Source of the DNA: Eledone cirrhosa
Lineage: Eukaryota
Assembly (NCBI GenBank): GCA_964016885.1
Contig: OZ024742.1
Location: 317,936,001 to 318,000,000, forward strand
Reading direction: 5' to 3'
Length of the DNA stretch: 64,000 nucleotides
The position numbers were made by a program, and so were the translations under genes. Below the pieces are notes generated by a model. It worked only from the letters and a program-made list of their open reading frames with translations, did no database searches and was not told the origin of the DNA. Below are positions 54,914 through 64,000 of the stretch, in pieces; position 1 is the stretch's first letter; the number at the start of each line of letters is the position of its first letter.

Positions 54914-55122
54914 AATGTATAATAAACAATACAATATAATTACCTCATTACCAGAGGTTTCTCGAATAAGACGAATACAAGAAACGTCCGCATTCGTTCG
55001 TCAGACAAGGCAATTATAAGGTGAATTGCCTTGTCTGGCGAACGAATGCAGACGTTTCTTGTATCCGTCTTATTCGGGAAACCTCTGGTAATGAGGTAAT
55101 TATATTGTATTGTTTATTATAC

Positions 55123-55125
<3 letters not shown>
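54914..55125. mobile_element. Palindrome with a hammerhead in each arm (54943-55010 -, and ~55029-55096 +)
   Basis: CCTTGT-CTGACGA-ACGAAT...ATTCGA-GAAA-CCTCTGG-TA-ATGAGG; the + arm core is mutated to CTGGCGA. Confidence 0.75.
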
Positions 55126-55164
<39 letters not shown>

Positions 55165-55167
<3 letters not shown>

Positions 55168-55952
55168 AAGAATTCATATCTAGTAACATATATATACATA
55201 CAGATGCATATCAATGCTAGCAAATATATAGGTTTTGTCTTAATAACAGTGTGGTTCAATGCATGGGGTTGCAGAACAATAATATAAGAGACGTAAAATA
55301 AGAAAATTATAAAATTAACTTACTTACTAAAATATCACTTCCAACTAATTAGTTTCTGGAATGGAGTAAATATATTTTCCGAAGAATAATATAGAGAAGT
55401 TAATTTTATAATTTTCTTATTTTACGTCTCTTATATTATTGTTCTGCAACCCCATGCATTGAACCACACTGTTATTAAGACAAAACCTATATATTTGCTA
55501 GCATTGATATGCATCTGTATGTATATATATGTTACTAGATATGAATTCTTTATTATTATCTCCAAATTATTTGTCGAGCAATATTGGCCATAACTGCTAC
55601 TACGGTTGTAGGCAGGCCGCTGTCTTATTAGCAAACCACTTTCCACTGATTGACCTCGATGTCACGTGTTCGATTCTTTTTGAATTTGCCACAGACGTAG
55701 AGGCAGTGATTTTCTCAGTGGCTTGGAATTCAGTCCACGCTTCGCTATTTCCTATCCACTGTATTATTTTTTAATAAGTTTCCAGTGTCCTCGCTTTGCC
55801 TGGAAACTTACATGAGAATAGACTTTCCTGACGACGGAATGCTTCTCAATATTATTCTTCGGAAAATATATTTACTCCATTCCAGAAACTAATTAGTTGG
55901 AAGTGATATTTTAGTAAGTAAGTTAATTTTATAATTTTCTTATTTTACGTCT

Positions 55953-55955
<3 letters not shown>
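55165..55955. mobile_element. Multiply inverted unit with an extended-stem-II hammerhead at 55822-55904 (+)
   Basis: ACTTTC-CTGACGA-CGGAATG...CATTCCA-GAAA-CTAATTAG-TT-GGAAGT; 55165-55320 is inverted at 55398-55555. Confidence 0.8.
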
Positions 55956-56003
<48 letters not shown>

Positions 56004-56127
56004 CAAAGGAATTGTGGTAAGAAACCAGATGGACCATAACGCACCAGAGTATTCAATACTTAGGGTAGTAGAGTCCAGAAATAGCCGTCGAAACGGCTAG
56101 AGCTCTGCCGTAGGGGTCATACTTTTT

Positions 56128-56182
<55 letters not shown>

Positions 56183-56392
56183 CGAAGGAATTGTGGTAAG
56201 GAACCAGATGGACCATAACGCACCAGAGTACTCAATACTTAGGGTAGTAGAGTGGGTAATAGGAAAAAGTATGACCCCGACGGCAGAGCTCAAGCCGTTT
56301 CGACGGCTATTTCTGAACTCTATTTCAGTCCAGAAATAGCCGTCGAAACGGCTTGAGCTCTGCCGTCGGGGTCATACTTTTTCCTATATATA

Positions 56393-56452
<60 letters not shown>

Positions 56453-56538
56453 TAATGTGTGAATGTATATGTGTGGGTGTTTATATATGTATAATGTATG
56501 TACATAAATATACAAACATTATATATTATATATTATAC

Positions 56539-56573
<35 letters not shown>

Positions 56574-56585
56574 CGTGGCTGTGTG

Positions 56586-56655
<70 letters not shown>

Positions 56656-56773
56656 CACACAGCCACGCACACACACACATATATATATATATATATAAAT
56701 ACATACATACACACGCACACACACATATATATAAATACATAGATAAATACATACATAGATACCCCCATGTATG

Positions 56774-56811
<38 letters not shown>

Positions 56812-57649
56812 CATGGGGTATCTATGCTACTTACTGTGTAACTATTTCTCAATCTATTTACTTGATATATTGATTTCTAACGTCGAGGACAAAACTGCGT
56901 TCAATCACCGTTGTTTTCTATACATTTTCAATTTACATAACTTTAGCCTGCCAAAGCTGTGTTTGTTGGAAGGGTAGATAAGGTGGAGTGAAATGTGAAT
57001 TTTTTAACATTTTCTATAGATGAGAAATGAATGGCATGAAATGGACTTCCGTCAGTTTCGATGATGATTTGTTTTATCAAATGAACAGCCTAATCATGAA
57101 ATTAATTTGTAAGTGACTGGCCATTTCACAGACACGTGAATCGTTAACATAATTCCCAGGTAGATTTAGCTTGACACAATGCTGGTCATTTGATTTGAAG
57201 ATATGTTTTGTTGGACCTCCACTGGTTTCGACGACGAATGTTCCAGTTGATACGATCAACGAATCAGCCTGCTCGTGAAATTAACTTGAGAATAATTGAG
57301 CATCTCACATAAGTACGTGTACACTTAACATAGTTCTCAGGGAGATTCAATGTGACACATTCTATGACAATGCTGGCTCTTTGAATTACAGATACAACTC
57401 ATTTTTGCCAACTGCGTGAACTGGTGTAACGGTAAATAAAGTATCTTGCTCAAGGAGCCAACGTACCACTAGGAATCGAACTCAAAACCTTATTTTTCTC
57501 AATACCTCTCTCATTCTCTCTCTCACTCTCTCTCTCTCTCTCACCCTCAATCTCTCTCTCTCACTCTCTCTCTCTTTCTCTCTCTCACTCTCAATCTCTC
57601 TCTCATTCTCACTCTTCACTCTCAATCTCTCACTCAATCTCTACCTCAC

Positions 57650-57712
<63 letters not shown>

Positions 57713-57840
57713 GATACGCGCACACGTCAGATTTTTATGTAACACTCCTTATTTTATGTAACCTATCTTTGCAATGCCCCACCACCACTCTCGTTCTGCT
57801 TTGTAGCAAATTTTAAAAATCATTATTATTTGTTTTACAG

Positions 57841-58350
57841 CTTTGTTGCTAATGGCCACAGGAGATGTGTGTGTTATGTACGGCCGACAGAAGGGAGACA
57901 GAAGCCAGCTGTATCCTACAGACACTTTTGGAACTGACTATGTCATTATGACTCCCAGCACGTCTATAAATATATCTTCAACGGTTTACATCTTACCACA
58001 AGGTATTCCAAAAACTTTGACCAATGTCACATTGACTGTCAACAGTAACAGTTCTCTGTGCGACTTACTTATCTGCGGATTTGGAGATACCGAGTTCAAT
58101 TACACCATTAAACCAAATGAGGTTCTAGCCTTAGACGATGGCAATTTGATGGACGGTGTGAAAATAAGCGCCAGTCGACCAATCGGAGTTCTTGTTGCTG
58201 GTATATCATCTTATGATCCACGAAATGGCACTGTGTGTTTGGAACCTCCAATATCCACTTCGGAAATGTTGCCACCAGTTAATACGTGGGGTAAAATGTT
58301 CGTTGCTGTACCATTGACGCCAGAAATCCGTGTCACTCTGAAAATTACAG
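57841..58350 (+). CDS. Host gene exon, IgGFc-binding protein N-terminal domain (FCGBP-like)
   Basis: Acceptor tgttttacAG, donor GTAAGG; 510 nt, phase 1-1; QLYPTDTFGTDYV, ISASRPIGVL, EMLPPVNTWGKMF. Confidence 0.85.
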
Positions 58351-58380
58351 GTAAGGATGTCATTATTATAATTATACATA

Positions 58381-59300
58381 GGGCGTGGATTGGCAGTATC
58401 GTTAGAGAGGCGGACGCTATGCTTTGCAGCATAGAGTTACGGCCCTTTATGATCTGAGTTCAAATCCCGCCGAGGTTTACTTTGCCTTTTATCCTTACGG
58501 GGTCGATAAAATAAAGTACCAGTCACGCACTGGGGTCGATTTAATCGACTTTCCTCTCCCCAAAAATTGCTGGCCTTGTGCCTATATAAGAAACAATTAT
58601 TATAATTATACATAGGGCGGTGGATTGGCAGTATTAGTAGAGGGTCGGGCGTCATGCTTTGCAGCATTGAGTTACGGCCCTTTATGATCTGAGTTCAATT
58701 CCTGCCAAGGTTAACTTTGCCTTTCATCCTTACGAGGTCGATAAAATAAAGTACTAGTCACGCATTGGGGTCGATCTAATCGACTTTCCCCTCCCCCAAA
58801 ATTGATGGCCTTGTGCCTATATAAGAAACTATTATTATAATTATATGCGGTGGATTGGCAGTATCGGTAGAGGGTCAGACGCCATGCTTTGACGTATAGA
58901 GTTACGGCCCCTTCCATTCTGAGTTCAAATCCCGCCGAGGTCAACTTTGCTTTCATCCTTACGGGGTCGATAAAATAAAGTACCAGTAATGTACTGGGTA
59001 ATTGCTGGCCTTGTGCCAAAAGTAGAAACAATTATAATTATACACACAATGTATAAACATTGTATTATTACTAAGAGCATTAAAGGTGGGTGAATGGCAG
59101 CATCGGTAGAACATCGAACACCTTGCTTCATGGCATAGGGTTACGGCCCTTTACGTTCTGATTTCTAAGCCCGCTGATGGTAGATTTGTCTTTCATCCTT
59201 ACGGAGTCGATAAAGTAAAGTACCAGTAATGCTCTAAGCTCGATTTAATCGACTTTCCTCTCCCCCAAAATTGTTGGCTTGTGTGTAAATCTGAAACCAT
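58381..59300 (+). mobile_element. Tandem array of four tRNA-derived SINEs
   Basis: A box TGGCAGTATCG, B box GAGTTCAAATCC and (ATT)-rich tails; copies start at ~58381, 58614, 58847 and 59084. Confidence 0.9.
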
Positions 59301-59941
59301 TATATACATAAACAAAGGGCGTTTAACACAAATAAAAATATTTTCATAGGGAATAGAAAACTACTACTAGTAGTAGTAGTAGTAGTAGATGTTGTTTAGA
59401 CCTGAGTCAACCCTTATCAAGCAAACCTATGATCAAAGACATTCCTACTAACAGATTTTTACGAGTTGTCTAAGACTAATGTATACTTTCTTTACCTAAA
59501 ACTGTTAGAAGTGAGAGTAATTTGTTTGCCATTTCGAGTTGTCTGGAACAGAGATCCCGAACAGTTTTAGACCATCAACTCTTTTGTGGAATCCTTAACC
59601 TCTCATACACCCCAGGCATGTACAAACATAAATAAATTTAAAACATAAATCAGTATTCAGAATATAAAATAAATAACAAATAAAGACTCTCTTTTTCGTT
59701 AAACTCCGCCCGTTGCAGACTGCGCATCAACATGAGATATTTTTCTCCATGTTCGATCACCAGCAGCAGAGTTTAAAGAGCAAAGATCAAGTCCAGTCCA
59801 TAAGACTAATTGTACATAAATATGAAATCTGTTTTAACCGCTGTTCTAACGATGAGTTTTCTCATTTTTATATGTATTCAAATACACTCTTGCTTCGTCT
59901 CGATATATATATATATATATATATATATGATCAAAGACAAC

Positions 59942-60005
<64 letters not shown>

Positions 60006-60904
60006 ACCCGCATAGGTTCTGAACATTTCCCTCACAAATCACTGGTCAACTCTTAGTTATAGGAGAAAACACTTTCCCAGTCTACCACGCACTGTAATTG
60101 AACCTGAAACCACGTGGTTAAGAAGCAAATGAGTTAACCCCACCGCCATATCTGTATTTGAGGCACAAACTGGAGTAAAAGTCTACAACGTATACGAGTA
60201 GTAGTAACCAAGTTTCAAACTCTGTATCCTGACGATTCTTTTAATCATTCAGATATCGAAATTAATTGTTTTAATAGTGATGAGTTGAAGAGTTATTTCA
60301 TCGGAAGATTGAAGAATGTTATTACATAGACCTACAAAATACTAACTTTATCCCAAATTACTTTTAAGAGGAAGTTCCAAGTTTTATATAATCAGAAATA
60401 TTCTTTATATAGAAAAACATTTATGATGAGAATGAGACCTAAGTTTGCCAGAAAACCAAATGCAATTATCTATAGCATTAAAATATCTGTACAATCCAAC
60501 ATGTTTGCGAGAATGAGTGTATTTCGGGAACCGTCTTGGCAATTCGATTATTGTTGGTTTTATGATTATCAAATTAACGTTACAAAATTATTTGGAAGAC
60601 CACATCTTTCAGGATTTAATTACGACTACGTGAATCATCTGCTTTGTGTTTTTTTTTTTTTTTTCTTGTTTTTTTTTGTTTTTTTTTGTTTTTTTTTTGT
60701 TTTGTTTTGTTTTGTTTTGTTTTGTTTTTGTTTTGTTTTGTTTTTTTTTGTTTTTGTTTTGGGGGGGGGATATTGGCTACATAATAAAATTGTTGATTTA
60801 TTTACTTCCCCGAAAAAAAAACGATAATAAATATCGTTTCTTATTACACAATGTTAATGTGTAAATGTGTGTAGTTAATTATACAACTAGTGTTATCTTA
60901 ATGC

Positions 60905-61100
60905 TGCTCGTTAGAGCGTCGGACAAATTGCTTTCAAGCTGTTATTCCGAGTCTTTACGTTCTTGGTTTAAATCCCGCCAAGGTCAATCTTGCCTTTCAT
61001 CCTTCCAGTGTCGATAAAATAAAATAGCAGTCAAGTACTGGGGTCGATATAATCCACTTTCTCCACTATATAATTAACTAGCCTTGTGCCTAAATTAGAA
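60905..61100 (+). mobile_element. SINE
   Basis: Matches the family consensus. Confidence 0.75.
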
Positions 61101-62287
61101 GCTCTTATTTTAGTGCTACAACAAAGGACACGCATATCTTCGAAATTCTCGTGATGTTGTTCCCGGTAAATCGATAGAGGTTTTTATCAACACCTTAATT
61201 GAATCGACTGTCGGAGAGATCTCTACTTCATGAATGTGTCAGCAAATTATTTTGGCAGTTATTCATTGTAATATTCTATCGGGGCTATGCTGAACGGGGT
61301 TAAAGTTTAAAGTCTGTCCAAAACACAGAAGTTCATTAGAACTGAGATTATCCCAGTTTATTTGACGTTAAGTCAAATTAGAGTTATCAATCTCTTTGTT
61401 ACTACTTTGATCAAAATATTGAACTTGTTTTACTGAAATAGGTCTGAACAGATGAGATTTGTTACATCTATTTTATTTCTATCGATCCTTGCCAATTGAT
61501 CTCTGCTTTATCACTGTTCGAGTTAACCTTTTCGTTACCATATTTATAAAAAAATTCATTGCCTATAATTTTCAAGTTTCGTTTTTAAATAATCAAGAAT
61601 TTAACCCCAATAAAGTTTATTTAGAACTATATAAGCCAGTGTGATGTGAGAGACACTGGACTACCATTTCTAGTAGCTCGATTAACCACGTGGTTTCCCT
61701 CGTAGGCTCATTGCTTTGTTGAAGTTAATTCTGCAGGTGTAATTCTCTAGTGGATTGACATTCGATTCAGTATATATTTATTAAAGTACAGAGCAAAAAC
61801 TATAAAAATTCATACACTATAATTAAAATTATAATTACACAGATTATAACACTATAATACACGTGTGTGTATTCTTTTCAATTCAATACAGCTTATTATT
61901 CAAATTTCTTTGACATTAATGCTGAGTTTTAAGTAAAATCTGTTAGACACAATAAATTAGATACTCTTTGTTGAATCAATATTTTATCGACGTAATGTGT
62001 TAATACGACATCATACGTTTTCCGTCGGTTTAGTTTAGTGATTCCAAAAATAGACACTAGGAGACACAACAAGGACACTGGAAGACACAACAAGGACACT
62101 AAAAGGCAAGAACGTGGTCACAGACATAAGAAGGTGACGGAGCAAAGAGGAAAATACCTTTCGTTATTCAATAAATACTTGAACTTCATTTTTTAACTGT
62201 TAAAATTTAAAATACAATGTATATGTTTTTATCAACTTTACAGTGAGAGACGCTATTGAAATATATTCCCTAGAAGGGATCGAATAC

Positions 62288-62570
62288 AAGGTCGGATTTA
62301 ACGGGAGGGGAAGGGGGCAATTACCCCGAGTCCCCTGCAGTGGGGGCCCCACCAGCGATGGCGTAGCAATTTAATTGTGTCCTCAGCTGGGATTTTTAGT
62401 TTTAGGATGGTTAGAATTTTTGAATTTAATACTGAATGTATAACTTTTCAATTCCAATTACTTGCACCAAGCTAAATTTGATGTTAAATTGTTTGAGGGG
62501 GTGCTGTGTATTCTAATTTTTGTGTAAGAGGGAATCCCCCCTCCCTTCCCCAAGGTCTAGATCCAACCCT
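62288..62570. mobile_element. hAT-like MITE
   Basis: Imperfect TIRs CAAGGTCGGATTTA / TAGATCCAACCCTG; 8 bp TSD-like ATCGAATA / GTCGGATA. Confidence 0.5.
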
Positions 62571-63109
62571 GGTCGGATAGTCAAAGAAGGTTAGGGAAAC
62601 CCTGATCTACAATTTACGCGACAAATAGATCTGATTAAATGTTTAAGGACTTTTCTCGATTTTTTCTTAAATCGTGTACTCTAAACGGAATTCTCAGACA
62701 GAATCAATGTAACACAGTGGCAAGACCGGACATTTAAATTATACATACAATTTGTTTGATGAGCTTCCATGCTGCTTCTGTCAACCCAATTTCACTCATA
62801 GGTTTGGGTCGACCCTTGTTATTTCACTCTAAGCTGGTCTTGATTGAGCAGACTTAACATTAAAGGCACTCCTTCTGTCACATATGACTCAAGGGAACCT
62901 TTAGGTGGTCCTCCAACATGTTTATAAAACTAATGTTTATCGGTGAAAATATCTGTCATTGAAGAAGGGTCCTTAACTCCTGCTCCTGTTGGCATGTCAT
63001 AGGCGTGTCTTGGGCATATCAAACCTGGCAGGGCCCATACCTTCAGATTTCTTCCGGAGAAAGAGAGAGAAAATACGAGAGGGTGTGAGAAAGAGAGAAT
63101 AGAAGAAGA

Positions 63110-63262
63110 GTCGACCCCGCTATTAAACTGATACTTTATTGACCTCGAAAGAATAAAACGTAAAGTTGACCTCGGTGGGATTTGAACACAGGGCGCAGAA
63201 AACCGGAACGAATACTGCTAATCATTATATATGACGTCCTAACGACTTTACCAATTTGCCGC
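63110..63262 (-). mobile_element. SINE
   Basis: Reverse family match, GTTGACCTCGGTGGGATTTGAAC. Confidence 0.7.
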
Positions 63263-63570
63263 TTACGAATATACTCCACTTAATGAAAATTATGTGGAGT
63301 ATATTCACTTTATGGTGAAGGGATTTTGCAGTTTCTTTCTACTAAATTTCCCTGATAAAGTATTTGTCACACTTCTAAATGCTACGCAGCGGGTTTGGAC
63401 TCGAATGCGTTTGAGTCATTGAACAGGAACCAACCTGTTGCACTGTCATCAAAAGTATAATCGATTATATCAACTTAAGTACTTATTTTATCAACCTTTA
63501 TTTGTCAGACCACCGGGTTAAGGGTAATATAAAAACTGGCTTATAGCGGTGTCAAATGTAAACACACACA

Positions 63571-63603
<33 letters not shown>

Positions 63604-63657
63604 TAACGTACATCTTATTACTCTTTACTTTCTATTTATCTTCAATTTCTAACTCTA

Positions 63658-63693
63658 TCTTTTGATAAAGGACTAGTGTCCGAAATGTTAAGA
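63658..63693 (+). ncRNA. Minimal hammerhead-like motif, U3-A8 variant
   Basis: TCTT-TTGATAA-A-GGAC-TAGT-GTCC-GAAA-TG-TT-AAGA. Confidence 0.55.
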
Positions 63694-63796
63694 CTCTCTT
63701 CCTGTTATTTCAAGCGTTAAACTAATATATTTCTTCCGTGTACTGTGCCGTTTATTATTCTTGTTATTTCTGTTTACCTTTTACATACGTACAGAC

Positions 63797-63874
<78 letters not shown>

Positions 63875-63988
63875 CTTTAAAAAAATTTCGCTCATGTCTA
63901 AATACAATAAATGTAATCTGAGTTTTTCGAATGTTAAAAATAACATTCGATTCGTTTGCAATTATACAAACAAGCCTCATTTTTACAG

Positions 63989-64000
63989 CTATGTCAGGTG
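63989..64000 (+). CDS. Possible start of the next host-gene exon
   Basis: Acceptor catttttacAG; in phase 1 it continues KIT-A-M-S-G; only 12 nt are visible. Confidence 0.35.

Overview
This is AT-rich, microsatellite-laden eukaryotic DNA. The SINE and repeat content suggests a mollusc, probably an octopus (inference). Two large exons of a host gene encoding an IgGFc-binding (FCGBP N-terminal)-like protein lie at 37589-37831 and 57841-58350 on the + strand, with a probable next exon starting at 63989. The rest is mobile DNA: a near-full-length Tx1/L1-clade LINE with an intact APE-RT ORF2, two Penelope-like (RT plus GIY-YIG) fragments, LINE relics, many tRNA-derived SINEs, and Helitron/MITE-like pieces. 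Two observations stand out. First, more than 20 type I hammerhead ribozyme motifs from about ten unrelated families occur mostly in inverted-repeat or palindromic units embedded in (TA)n tracts; they include U3-A8 core variants and forms with an extended stem II. Second, the Penelope copy at 52723-54077 carries massive, one-directional A-to-G changes relative to its sister copies. This looks like a genomic fossil of ADAR hyper-edited RNA, and the changes stop at its ribozyme. All alignments and folds were done by eye and coordinates are approximate to a few bp.
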